From Phoronis australis (lineage: Eukaryota; Animalia; Phoronida), in contig NMRA01000079.1 of NCBI GenBank assembly GCA_002633005.1, forward strand, positions 615,225 to 679,224: 64,000 nt of DNA, in the 5' to 3' direction. Below are positions 13,001-28,000 of this stretch, piece by piece. Within the stretch, counting starts at the first letter, position 1; each line of letters starts with the position of its first letter. The notes below the pieces were generated by a model, which saw only the letters and a list, made by a program, of their open reading frames with translations, searched no databases and was not told the DNA's origin. Both the position numbers and the translations under genes were made by a program.

Positions 13001-16000
13001 ATGCCGAAACCTCCATATCTGAATGTTTGATTTGAATCTGATCATTTTTGAGACATGATGTTCTGAAGTTATCAAAATTTGTACAATCTTTCTAGTTTCA
13101 CGTATACTCAAATGGAGACAACCTCCTATCACTATTGCTACAATGGGCAATTTGCTTGGATAAGAAGTTTGGTTCTGACTCGAATTCAACTTGCTTGTCG
13201 AGTACACAGTAGATTTATCGTACTGTCACCTGAGTTTTACCTGGAATTTATGAGCTACCACAAAACAAGACATGTTTTAATAATTATCATTTTACGGTTC
13301 TTTGTAGAACCCTTGAAAATGCCCAAATTTGACTACCTTCAGAAAATCATGTCTCAGAAATGGCTGATTGGATTCATTTACATACCGGGGTATGTACTGT
13401 TCTCAAAAATGCTGAAAGGAATTTTTTAAATAAAAATATTTCCCTTTTTGCATGTCTTTTGAAATTTTTAAGAAAATTGCACAAATTAGAAACAAATCGT
13501 ATTAAATCTTGAGACGTAGCCAACAAACACTTCTCAGTGAAGACCGTCTTGCTTACTGTAGCCAGCTCCGACCAGGGTTTTTCATGCACAACACTCACTT
13601 TGAGGTATGTTCTTGTCGCTCCGTATCACAGCATGCTGTCGATCATAAGCGTCTACTGATAGATGGGCAATCTGTTCTAACAGTCCCGCCACCTGTAGGG
13701 CTTCTTTGTGGGCTTCTAGTCGCTTCTGCTGAACCTTCTGTCGGCCAAGATAGCCACGGATAACTGAGAACAGCACATTAAAAACAAAAATAATGTCATT
13801 GCAACAAAGGACCCCCATTTGTGGATAGGAAACAAAAAAACAATTCTGACTTTTTATACATTGCAATAGTTAGATAACTTTAAAATGGAACTTCTGTCTT
13901 CTATTGGGCAATAAGTGTTTTAAATTTCCAATCTCCATAAAAATTGTATTTTATTTTCCACAAAACATAACAAGAGCAACGCAGAGCGTTGAAATGTGCC
14001 CACGACTGCACTGCAAACGGTGTGCTTCTAGAGTTGTTTATTTGTATCATAAAAATGACCACCAGATGGTGCAAAACGTCCAATCCATCTGCAAATGGAA
14101 CATGCCATCGCTTCTTCAATAGAAAGCTATTTACTAAATTTCATAACAAGAGCAATGCGGAGCAATGAAATGCACCCACGAATGCATCGCAAATGGTGTG
14201 CTTTTAGCCAGGGTTGTTTATTTGTGACTTAAAAATGGCCACTAGATGGTGCAAAAACAAACAATCCATACGAAAATGGGAATATGTCATTGCTTCTTAA
14301 ATACAAAGCTATACATAAAATTTCATAGAAATCCATCATGGAACTACAGAGAAACAAAAGGAAAACAGATGAATAAAATGAAATTGCCACTAGGGGGCAC
14401 ACTGCTCATTGGATCCGCCTGAAAGTCGTCATTGAATGTTGTTAGCTTCATATAAATATACTTACAAATTAAATTTAATAAAGATCCTGCAGTGGGTTTA
14501 AGAGATACAGATGCCCGTATTCAAAATTTTATGAAAATCCGTTGAGGACCTTTGAGGATACAGAGGTAAAGGTAAAGCTAAAATTGCCACCAGGGGGCAC
14601 ACCAGCAGTCAGATCCATCCGAAAATTGTCATCGTCTGTTGTCAACATAAACACAATTCTTAAATTTAGTAAAGATCTTACAAATAGCTTACGAGATACA
14701 GCCATAGGCGCAAAAAAACAAAACTGCCACTAGGAGGCACCACAGTAGTCGAAGTCATCAGAAAATCATCGTCACCCGTCCACTTCATAGTAAAAACATA
14801 CATGTCAATTTTCACAATTATCCTGAAAGCAGTTTGGTTGATAGAGGGGTGGACGCCAAAAAACAGATTCAAAAACAGTAAAAATGGCCACCAGGTGGCG
14901 CAAACTAGGTCAAATCCATCTGAAAACGGAAAGATAGTGTCACCTCACTAATAGAAGCCTATACACCAAATTTTATGAAAATACTTTGAGGAACTTTGAA
15001 GATACAGACTCAGGTAAATATAAAAAATAAAATTGCCACTACGTGGCACACCAGTAGTCAGATCTGTCCGAAAGTTGTAGTTGTCTGTTGTCATCAACAT
15101 ATAAAATGCACTCACTAAATATAGTAAAGATCCTGCAAATGGTTTAGGAGATATAGCGAAAGACACAAAAAACAAAGCTGCCACTAAGAGGCGCCACCGT
15201 AGTCGAAGTCGTCGGAAAATCATCGTCAACCGTTCTCTTTAATATACATGTAAATTTTCACAATCATGCTTCAAGCGGTTTGGTTGATAGAGGGGTGGAC
15301 GCTAAAAAACACGCGAAAACAGTAAAAATGGCCACTAGGTGGTGTAAACTACGTTGAATCCATCCAAAAACGGGACGATACCGTCGTCTCACTATTAGAT
15401 GCCTATACCAAAGTTTGTGAAAATGTGTTGAGGACCTTTGACGATACAAACTAACTTAGGTAAATATAAAAAACTAAAATTACCACCAGGGGGCACACCG
15501 GTAGTCGGGTCCGTTTGAAATTTCGTTGATGCCGTCCCATTCATGAAAGGAACTGTGTGCAAAATTTCATGAATATACTGTACGTCAATCGGTTTTGGAG
15601 ATAGAGCAATGGACGTCGGACAGATGCCAGACGGACACCGGACGGATGCGGGACGGACGGAGATGACAGCATAATGTGTCCACATATAAATATGTGGGCG
15701 CATAATAAAACGAATAAAAATGAAGCCAACCTCTCTGAATGTCTCTAGCGCACTTGTGATACTGTTCTAGAGTGTCGGTGAGTGCCTCAATGTGGTAGTA
15801 CTTCATAAACACCTTCGTCTTGCTGGAAGGGGAATAAGATAAAACGACGTTAAACTATGACTACCGTAATTCCCCACTTATTTAACGCACAATAAGGGTG
15901 ACAAGTGAATCTGTTTTCGTAAATTTCTCTAAAAAGTAAAGATCACGAACATTAGCAAGGTTTGCAGTGTGTATGGTAGATGTCATAAAACAACATTTGC

Positions 16001-19000
16001 TAAAAGTTCTCATTATTTTCAAAAAAGTTAAATCAACCATTTTGCGAAATCATTAAGAAGTTATCATTTTTGGTAATTATGTTGGTGCGAAATAAAAGAA
16101 TTAGCATACTTAGTGCTATGGCTAGGTTGAGTACATAGAAGGCAGCACAGCTGCAGAGAGTATGGATTGTAACAGGAAACAAAAACCTGCCTGTAATGCA
16201 AAACTCTCGCAAAACATTTTTGTGAAAAGGAGTCTTGATTTAAGAGACAAAAACAGCAAAATATCTTAGCTTTCCAGCCTCATTGACCAATCACATCGGC
16301 AGTCACTCTGCTCATCTATGACAGTATGGCCATGACCTGCGTGGGGATCTCACCATTTGAAAGACTTGTTTGACAGAACGCAAACCCTAGCTGACATGTC
16401 CCTGACGTATCACAGAATGAAAATACGGAACCACTTTCAATACACAATAATTGTAATATGTCTTGATAAATTTAAAGAAAGCTACTGCACTGTTTAGACA
16501 AGTATTTCTTAGAATATGCATAACTCTAGAAGAACCAAAAACAGTCAACAGGAGTGAACATCTCAAAGATTTACAGGTCAATCATTACCAATGATGCTCC
16601 ATGAGAAACGCTACGTCAGTCATACTACAAATCTCCCAGACGTTGACAAGGTGACATTGAACACACTGGTACTGCACCATCAAATTTCCCACAAACAGGA
16701 TAGGTGTCTTGACAGCAGAAGCAAGGAAATCCAGCTTATTGAAAATCATAAAATTTCATTTCCTTAATCATTTGTTTCAACAGAAAGATATGAGAAGAAA
16801 CAAAACTACAAAGCATAGGCTGAACAAGCAATCTGATCAAACATAATTTGAATGGCCTGCCACAGGGGACTTTTCAACAAAAGAGACTTTAAAGCAAACA
16901 TGGCAAAAGTAGATCAAATAAAGGTGAGGATTTCAGGCATTGGAATTTTCTAGCGGGAATGAAGGATGTCACTCGCTCTGTAGACAATGGCCATTTTAAA
17001 CAACGAAAAGGAACAAATCTCACCCGTCATATTGAACAAAAACATGAAGTGGTTACAACAGTTATTGTCTATTGCCATTACTACATAACTCTTGACTTAT
17101 TTAACAAACAATATGGTCAAAAAGTGAATTATTCGAACTTCTCCACAAAAATACAATTTGGGAAAGTTTTACTCTACAACTTGGCGTGGTTAATTGTACT
17201 GAGTAGATATCACAAAACAACTTTTGGTAAATGTTGCAAGTTTGAAGTTTGTAGTGAATGTAACCTGTGCATGAAAAATGAACATTTTGGCAATTATTTT
17301 TGTGCCAAGCAAGTGGTGATTTAACCCTGCGAAATGTTACTATGGTTGACCATGGTTAAGCATGGTAAAGCACAGACAACCATAATTCAACCATGGTTAA
17401 ACCAAGGTTGACAGTGCTTGACCATGCTTCTGACCATGGTGTACCATAGTCAATCCATCGTCAACCATGGTTGCCTTTTCCAGAAATGGTCAACCATGGT
17501 TGATTATGCTTCTGACCATGGTCAACCATGGTTGACCATTTCTAAAATGAACAACCTTGGTTGACTGAGGATCTGACCATTGACAACCATGGTCAAACCA
17601 GTCAACCATTGTTGCCTTGGTCAACCCTATAAGCACAATTCTTCATGTCCTAGGACTGAATCATTATTCCCCATCCCAACCAGGTCTTGTTTACGAGATC
17701 AGGTTACGCTTGACACTCTTAAACAGGGAGTAATGTCAAACACTTTTTGCATGGCCCTACAAAATGAAATGCAAAATACTGGCCAAAACTGGACTTACCA
17801 AATACAAACAATGAAAGTGACCACTGATCGGATTCATTATGAGAGGTAGACAGGGGCACTTAAACTGAATAAGAAACTCATCATTTAATGGAATTCTTCT
17901 AAAACAACAAGAAACCCATCAAAAATATTTGACTAAATCTAAGCAAATTAATGTGCATGTATTATGATCATTCCTACATATATGTTAGACTGACCTACAC
18001 ACAGTTACATTATACTTACCAACTTTTAAAATATCCCCACCAGATGGCATTGTCCAAAATCAATTGGTAGTCAATTGATTCAGTTTCATTAATGTTCAAC
18101 TCCTAGTTGTAATGTCCTAAGAGTATTCCAAATGTTTATTTTAATTGCTAGCCCAGCTACATGTTGAACATCCTGGGAGTGCTATCAGCAAACTGAACCT
18201 CTTTATGTTAATTTCAAATACATGTATGTGTTAACAATTGGTTGTCAAGGTTACTTTCCTGGAAAGTGAAATACCCAGGGCATGCACGCCTTTCAAAGGC
18301 ACTTCAAATTTCAAATGGTTGGGGTTCAGCAAAGATTCTGGACTAGTGAAAAAATGGACTGGTCAGTTTTGACTTCAACACTGTATTTATAATTATTGAA
18401 TATGACTGTTAACATATATCATGCTTGAATACTAAGTAGTTTTGGTCTTGCAAACAAAAGGGGACTTGTTTTTTGAAACTGATTCTGAGGAAGTCATGGA
18501 AATAAGCATGATCCATCTTTGTTCAAATGTAAGTTGAACTTCAGTACTAGAGTATGTGTAATTCTGTGACTTAAGCAGAGGCCTAAATTATCTTGATTTC
18601 AAAATCTTTTTATCAACTAAATTGCCCTGTGTTTCTAATGAGCTTTTGAAAAATAGATGTTTAGTGTGCAAAAAAATGGTGTGTTAGTCATTTTTTTCTT
18701 TTTAACACTGATAACTTGTGTCCCCTTGAAGAAAGAATATTGTATTTTCAAAAAGCTCCACCCTACAATTGGTGTCAACTTGTTTAATCAACTTAGATGA
18801 GAACAGAAGTCATTTTGGGTCTTGCTCTATGATTAAACTGATATGTCTAGAAATCTATTTTGCAAGCGAAGTCTGAAACAATGACATTATAACTGATAAA
18901 TTCTCAATACTTTCCAACCATGTGATCACATCTTTATTTTGTCCAAAAGGGCAATTCTAAATTTATTTTTTGGTTATGATTAACTAAGAAATCAAAGCAT

Positions 19001-22000
19001 TTCTGTATTTTCTGAACAAAAATGAATGAAAAATCCTATTAATTTACTCGATCTCATCTAACTGGAATTTTTTCAACTTTTCTTTATTTTGTAGAATCGA
19101 AGACTTTGAAAACATGCATGATGAAGTGAAACTCAGATGCACGTGAAAGTACTTGAGATTCAACCACAAACACTACTGTGCTACTGACTGTCAGACCTCA
19201 ATTCCTGTGGCGGGCAAAAAAATAATGGAGAGTGACAAGTCTGTATTCTAAAAAGTCTGTGGACCTCAAGTGCTGATTAGACCTTGAATGGCCTGCATTT
19301 GGAGTCACACGTGGATTCAGCTTTTCTGGCAGCCAATATTTTGCTGCTGCAGCTCTTTATACCACAGTACCTCTCAACACATCTCATCAAAAACCAAGTG
19401 TGTGGAAGTATTGTATGGACTTTTTGCTCTGAGAGGAAAGACCATTTTCACCTGGACCTAAAAGACATAACTGCTAAGGCTCAAGCAGTATAAAAAGTTT
19501 AAGTTAAAAATGCATAGCATTTAAGTAGGGCAAGTTAAAAAATGAACACCCTTCAAGCATTGTCAAGTCATATAAAAATTTCTACATGTGAATAGGAACA
19601 CTTTATTATATTTATAAAGTACTTTACACGCTAGGCAAAACATATTTCACAATACAGTAACATAGATGTAATATTTTGGGAGGTGTCAATTCTAATTTTG
19701 AATTGTTTTACACATTGTTGTAAGTTTTGGTTCTTCATGATGATGCTCAATGTGAAAGCAGAAAACTGTTGGTGCCATATATTTTACAAAATCTTAATTT
19801 TTTTCAAGATTTGCTCTTGATTACACTGTACTGCTATTTAACATTCAAAGACTCCACTGTTCTTGTGGTTCATATTGTCTTTGTCCTGTTGTAAATGAAG
19901 AAATAGAAGTATTGTGTAAAGTGCAAACACCTGTTTTCAATATTTCAGCGAATATTGGGACTCTTTAGTGAGTTAGACCTTGCTAATGTAATTTGAGGAG
20001 CTTGTGACATTTCACTTGAAATTCAACAGGTAATTTTCTTACATGGTGTATTTCATTTTATAGTGGACTTTTAGCTATGCCTGTAAATGTCAGCTCACTT
20101 AAGCATGACTTTGTGACCGTGGTTAACCATGCTTACTAACCATTGTTGACCATGCTTAATAAAGATGCCAAACAATGGTCAACCATGGTTAGTAACCATG
20201 ATCAACCATTATTAGTAACCATGATCAACCATTATTAGTAACCATGATCAACCATTATTAGTAACCATGATCAACCATTATTAGTAACCATGATCAACCA
20301 TTATTAGTAACCATGATCACAACCATGATTTTTAACCATGCTCCTAACCATGATTTTTATCCAGTCAACCTGATTTTTAACCATGGTCAACCATATTAAC
20401 CCTAGTCAACCATGGTTCCACACCATGGTTGGTAACCATGGTCAACCATGGTTGGTAACCATGGTCAACTATGGTTTTAACATTTCGCACTAAGTTGTCT
20501 CATAGCATGGTTGTGAAGCATGGTCAACCATGGTTGTTAGCCACGGTTGTTAGCCACAGTTAACCATGGTTAAGTAACTTTTTGCAGTACTACTGAATCC
20601 TTACTTTCATTTTTAATTCATTTTCAATTGTTTTGAATTGAAGCTAGACGTGACTTCACCAGTTTTCACAGAATTTCCAGATTTTTCAACAAGCCAGTCC
20701 ATGTCTAATCAACAAAACAATCTTTGACTTCACGACCACAGCTTTTGTGAGGATACCGAATAGTATGTATTATTTCATGATTAATGTAAGAGAATGCAAG
20801 GACACTCAATTTGGGGATATTTTGTATGTGCTTCAAAGAACATGATTCGTTTTAATGCATCACGTACAAAGTTTAGTTCAATTTGAATTTTCATTGAGGG
20901 TGATATTATTTACTAAACTCACGCTTCATTCTTTATATTTTTAGACAAATCTGACAGGGCAATAATTTTTAAAAATTCAGTAAAAATGAGTTTTTATGAT
21001 GAATTAAATGTTTAACATAGCAATTTTAATTATGAAATCAAGTTCTCTGTACAAAATGTGTAATACTAATTTTGGATGCAACAGAAATCTCTCCGGATCT
21101 TGCCAAATCACATTTTTAACAGATTTTTGGTCAACGCAACAACTACATCAAATGCAAATTGTAAGAATACAATCATGCAAAGTGCTCCCTTGCAGGTATA
21201 AATAACAACATCAACATTCTGGGCCTTGGCTATTCAAAACTTATAAGGGGCAATAAAACAATTATCTTCCCAGCTAGGACCATAAAATCCTTTGTTAAGC
21301 ATGTTACACCATCCAACTGGGACAGTTGCATGACTAAGAGCAGGGTTCACAAAGAACTACTCTGAAGTATGTCAGCAGTAAATTTTTCTTGAGACAAGTT
21401 TTGTTGAACACAACATTCCATTAATTACCTTAATAGATAAATACTCTGGTGGAAGGATGATCTTGCATCAGGGATCAGTTTGTAAAAATGACCTAGGTTC
21501 ATGGCAGCGAGGAAAGCACAAAAAGGCAATATTGCAGGCTTCAAATTCAAACCACATAACGCTATACAATACAATTGTTTGGTACATCATCTCTCATGAG
21601 ACATCTTCAAGAAAGATCCATAAGGGATGATGACGATGAAAACATGTGAAGGCCTATCCTGTGTGAAGGACATAGCTGAATTCTAAGCTATTATGGGGAC
21701 TAGCTATCCCCCCATGCCCACAATAAAGGTATCATGAAAACAGACTAATTACATTTTACCATACTGCAAGTGTATAAAACAATAAAATCAAAAATAATGT
21801 TGACAACTATGTAAAAACAGACAACTGCAACATCTACCCAAAACATGACCAACAGGTCTGGAACAAAATAAAAACCGCAAAGTTGCATCTCTGTAATTTT
21901 ATGAAATCCAACTTAAGTGATTAAGATCAAAAGTTCCACGACTTGTCTGGTAGTTGAATCAATATTTACCGATTGAGTGATTTGTGGCAGAATCACAATT

Positions 22001-25000
22001 TTTTTGCATTCACCAGGAGAAACAAAGACTTGGGCCAAAAACATAAACACATCAAAATTTAAAAAATATCTGGCACGCGAAACAGCGAGAAGATATCCAC
22101 TTCATTTTTGCTTCACAGGCATCGTCAAAATTGTGACAGTTTACTGCACAAGCCTATAAACTATTGGTGGCTAGGCATAATAAATTCAGAGTTCTCACAC
22201 CAAACTACAACAAAATTTTGATAAAAACGAAAACCTGCAAAATGTTAGAAAACAGAAATGATTGTGTAAATTATCCTATTTGTGGGTCCAAATTGGCTCA
22301 CAATAGTGACAGATACCTATCACTAAACAGCTGAATAGCGATGAACTTGTGGAAGGGCCTCTGTTGGTAGGCAGTGTATTGACAGAAACGGCCAAGTCGA
22401 CTTGGACTTTGTGTGCCAGTCAATATAAGGGATTCACATATTTCTGGCCTGGCTAATATGACTACACATTAAACAGATCTTGGGGTCAGAGGATGGGGAC
22501 AGTACGGCTTCTGCCATAGAAGCTCAATAATTATAAAAGTATCCAGTCCCTGTCTGAACATTTAAGCATCACTCACCCAACGTGCCATCCTGTTAGCTTG
22601 GCTGACTTCAGTATTTGAACACAGCTCTCCTTATCTTCATTTACATTTTTACGGCCCAGTAAAATGGAGTATCTGAAAGGATAAAGGTCAAAGATCAAAT
22701 TCAACAGGAAACAAAAGTTAGACATTGGTGATAAGAATGCTGAGCTGGAAAGCGCTGAATAATTAAAGAGAACACAAACAAGCCGAGTGAAGAGTCAATA
22801 TGTCAAAACCAGGGACGAACAGACTCTGGGATTATCATATAAAGCGATTATTACATGAATGCGTGGCTACGTATCTAAGGCCTTAAATTTAATGATTCTG
22901 GTCGCTACGACGACTAATTTTGAGGTCCACACGTCTTGTTGACTAAAAATCCCCACCTCGATTTCAGCCAACGTTTGGTGCTTTTTCTTTGAAAAGCTGC
23001 ACAAAGGCACTTGAGCAAGGGTTTATGAAGTGCAAAGTTTGGAGTGCCAGGATTTGTCAAGGGATGAGTAAAAAAACAAAACGGATCCTTTTTGCTTATC
23101 TAGTTACTTATACTAGATGGAATTTCTTTTTTGAAATTTAAAGTGAGCATCTAAAAATGACCGACTCACTTTAAAAAGAAAACAAAGATAAGAACTAATT
23201 ATGTTTTTTGATCTTAACATTCATTTTAACGAATGGAAGAAAACAATTTAAAGAAAGGGAAAAGCTAACAAAGTCTGTCAGTAGGGACAGACATAAGAGG
23301 ACATTCACAGAAGTAAGAGGACATTTCAATGGTCAAACACTGGCATACATTACATATCACCCACAGAGCAAGGCTGGATACCTACAGTATAACCACCCCA
23401 GCATGTTAATGAATGGGCAATCAAGTCATACCAAATCTGTGTTTATTTCAGTGACATATACCGTAGACAACATTTTTGATTAAAGTGTTTAGGTTCATGA
23501 CAAATCCTCATGAAGTTGGAAGTTAACACGCAGTGCACTTATCATTTGTTGACATAGTGTGAGAGAAGTATGACACACTAAACACGTGATATTCAGTTAT
23601 CCAGCCAAACCATCATTTGAGATAAGGTTACAAGGTTCACACAGCATATGTGAAAAAGTGCCCCCAAAGTAACGACACGTTATCGACATCATGTTCCCAT
23701 CGGCACCTATGGTAATCCTTCAAATGTTTAGCACACAATATGGCTGCCAATATGGCTAACAATTGAAATATTTGTCATTAAATTTCTCCACAAAGCTAAA
23801 GAAATCAAATAATGTAAATTTTTTTAGTCTATTACTAGCATGGTTTTTAACTGCACTGTGTACCATACAAAATTAGTGAGATGCCATTAATTATTTAACA
23901 GAATGCTGAACTTTTTGGTAAACTTTCCACGATTTGCAGTAAAGTACTAACAAGTTTTTGAAATAAAACTAGAAACATGACAATTTTGGCAGCGAAATAA
24001 GTAGAGTTTTAGATTGACAATTACGTTCTAGAAGACTGGTAGGTTACACCACTTGGTCACTCTGAAATATGTGAGACACAGTGCGAACTAAATGCAAAGG
24101 TGAGCAAAAAGCATACGTTAGAACAGTCCCAACAAGCAGTTTAACTAAAACATCTAAAACTAACGTAAGAAAGCTCGCACTTCCATTATGTGGTGAAGCA
24201 CTGTTTACCTCTTGACAAAGTCGGCAAACACAGGACGAACCGCGAATCCGTCACGTCGGATTTTCGTCGTTTGCAACATGCCCGTGTAAAGCAACTAGAC
24301 AGGGGAGATAATGCAACAGGTAACATGCAATTTTCAATGTTAAGCAACAACAAAAAAACAGACGTAGGAGGAGAAATGGGCAAAAAATACAAACAAACAG
24401 GAAAACATTAGTCTCACATTAGCGTCATTTACCAAAATTGTGTGCGAGGTTTACACATCAAGTCATTCAATAAATCACGACTCAATTTATTTAGTAATTC
24501 ACCAGATTCCTAAGTGGGAAACATGCACTACGAAAAAATAAAAGATATCAGGAGCATTAAACAAAATTTCAATAGATTTCATCAGATCACATACTAGCAG
24601 ACGACAGCTAGAACAACATCAGTCTGAAGCCGCAGTACAGCGGGGTGTACACAGCTCAGATGTTGTTCGACGACACTGTCCTCACCACGCAATCAACTGG
24701 ACACTTGAAAAAATCCTTTTTTCTAGATATGCGTTTAACGGGGAGCATTTTGGATATACTATAATTGGAAAGAACATTATGTTAGATATGAGCCAGTCCA
24801 GAAAATCCCAACTGCAGCAATGTTCCAACAAAACTGAACACTCAATACTATCAGACTGTTTAGTAACCATTGTTGATGGATGAAGAGAATATCACGCCCG
24901 AGATTCAGTTTAAAACTTGACATGCGTCTACCAGAATTAATGTAAATACTAGCCGTGATAAGACAACACTGAAGCCCTTGGGGAGTCAGGAGTACAGTAC

Positions 25001-28000
25001 GGAGGTAACGCTGAGATGGGGTGCATTTTTAGTTTTTGAAATTCTCTGGAATTGATTTGGGTCCCTTTTTCACCATTTGATATAAACTGAAGGTGTCAGT
25101 TCTGAATAAGTGGGTGAAAAAAGGGATGGGAAATCACTATATTTAGCTTGATATACAACGCAATACATACTCTGCAAGGTAGGATGGAAAACCAGTGATC
25201 CCGCCTAAAATTCAATAATCAAATCTCATATATTCCAGATGAGGTTATGTTTAAAGCCCTCCATCCCACATGCGGCGCAGCACTGAAAAAAGTGGGGGCT
25301 GTAGTCCCCCCAGTCCCCCTGTGGTGCACAGCCCATAGACCATGGGCGACGCAGCAATGAAAAAAGTGGGGGGCTGTAGTCCCCCCAGTCCCCTATAGTG
25401 CACCGCCCATGCATCAGTGCAGACTCTAACTCCAGGTATAAGCATACCCAGCATTTATTTCACAATGGGAGGTATGAGTTCCCAACCCAGCACTGAACTA
25501 ATGGTACAATCTCACCAAAATGGCCGACAAATGAAATTTTGTTTTCTCATTTTTTTCTATGAACGATAAAAACCACCAGAGTTGAAATGCTTTCTAAAGA
25601 TCTGCAGCATTAGTTACTATCCGACATTCTGGCAAAATGTTTATCCAAGTTTGTCAGAGTACTCAGTCAAAATGTGCCTAGTTACTAAAGCTCATTTTGT
25701 ACCACGTTCATTGTGGTTAATAATAGAACTTCTGCTGGTTTTACTTTAAACTGTCTCTGTAGTCGGCCCCATGTGGGTGCTTGGAACATGATTGACACAA
25801 GATATCTATCATCTATGAAATCCCGTGTCCTGCAAATCATGAAATCTCAACAGTCAGATAGAGAGTGTCACATTTACCAAGATGACCTGCCCTGGGATAT
25901 TTCTCAATGCAAATTTTGCAAGAACCTCGGATCCCTAGTTTAACAGCTGATTAATTCAACACAGGCAACTTCGGTTGATCATAATTTACAAAACCATTTT
26001 TATATTAATAATTCGTAACAAACATTTCAGAATCTATGAACTGATATGAATGGTATGAGAAGAATTCATATTGCGGTTTAAGGTGGTTGATCCTTCCACA
26101 CAGACGTTGTGTAAGTCTCCTAAAGCGTAAATCATGCTCGCAGATTTAGAAATCTTTCTAGGAGTGTTTGGACATGCTATAAACTATTGAGGGTTGACGT
26201 TGGAGAGAGCACATTTACTAAATTATTATAAAGAAATTTAATTATGACTAACTCACTAAAATAGAATAAATTAAATGATTGGAAGCCTGCTAGCGATAAT
26301 TAAGGCCAAGACCAAGTTTAAACACATTTTTAACAAATTGTAAAATTAAGGAAAACAGCCCTAAAAACTAAAAACTACATGACACCCTCCAGCCACTAAC
26401 AGTTCAAGAGACAGCACATGCTGGTCGGTAGGCACTCACTAACTCAACTGACCTGATTCAGCACAAATTCATCGTCAAACTGACCGGCCGTCTTAACAGT
26501 GTTTGGCTTGACGCACCGTATGAAGTGGGGCGTGGCGGCAGTCATTCGCTCAATGAGCACGTGCAGAGAGTTCTGAAAATGGAAGGAGCCTTAAATGATT
26601 TGAGTACAGTGAAGGTAAAATATTTTTGCAGGCGGTCTGCTACACATTGTACCAAACGTGCGCAGGCTACTCATATGGGCCCAATGCACTGAGCATCTGG
26701 AACCATTTTATGCTTTAATAAATAATAGTTAAAACCAAGCTGAGGATCTAGAAACCTGACTCACGGGTTCAGCAGTTTGACCCAGTGGGACTGTGCCCAT
26801 GACCTCGAGTAAAGAAGGCGGGCACCTATTACACTAGGCCACACTGCCTCCCATGAAAGTAAACTTGACTGAACAAACAGACTTGATGTGACAGATACCA
26901 TGAAAACTAAAATGGGAAACATGCGTATTGACTTCATTACAGGTAGAGGCTGAGGCGACATGTCCAGTGCATTGCGGGGGAGTCAAACTACGACAATAAA
27001 CAAAACACTCGCACTTCCAGCCAATAGGAGACCATGCCCACATATCACGGTTTGCAAAATGTAAAATGTCAATGGGACAGTCAGCATTAATCTGAAGTGA
27101 AATATATCTGGGACTGCATGTGTTACACCACAACAAATTAATTATAAACAGACATGAGAATACATTAGTTAACTATTACAGTATTTATTTGAAAAGCTGT
27201 GAACAGATAGTTGTTGTATTGTGAACAGCATAAACTGTTACAGACAATATTTTCCGCTGGTTGTTTCTGATGAAGTTACCAAAAGTTAAAAGCAAAATGT
27301 CTGAAGTAACAATGTTTTGCTTCCTCTTACAATCACACTTTGAACAACAAATNCGATGTTGATGGATGAAGAGAATATCACGCCTGAGACTCAGCTTAAA
27401 ACTTGACATGTGTCTAGCAAATGTAAATACTAGCTGTGATAAGACAACACTGAAGCCTTAATTATGGGAGTCAGGAGTACAGTAGAGAGGTAACGCCGAG
27501 ATGGTGTGCATTTTTAGTTTTTGAAGTTTTCAGGAATTGATTTGGGTCCCTTTTTCACCATTTTAATCTGAAGGTGTCAGTTCAGAATAAGTGGGTGAAA
27601 AAATGGAATGGGAAATCACTATATTTAGCTTGATATACAACACAATACATACTCTGCAAGGTAGGATGGAAAATCCAGTGATCCCGCCTAACATCCAATA
27701 ATCAAATCTCATATATTCCAGATGAGGTCATGTTTAAAGCCCTCCATCACACATGCGGCGCAGCACTGAAAAAAGTGGGGGGCTGTAGTCCCCCCAGTCC
27801 CCTATAGTGCAGCGCCCATGCATCAATAGGTGCAGACTCTAACTCCAGGCATAAACATACCCAGCATTTATTTCACAATGGGAGGTATGAGTGCCCAACC
27901 CAGCTCTGAACTAATGGTACAATCTCACCAAAATGGCCGACAAGTGAAATTTTTTTTCTCATTTTTTTCTATGAACGATAAGAACCACCAGAGTTGTAAT

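Noticed and set aside
22876-23217. Possible TTAA-type (Kolobok-like) non-autonomous element
   Set aside because: The termini (taaggcctta / gatcttaa) match too weakly to support it without other copies.
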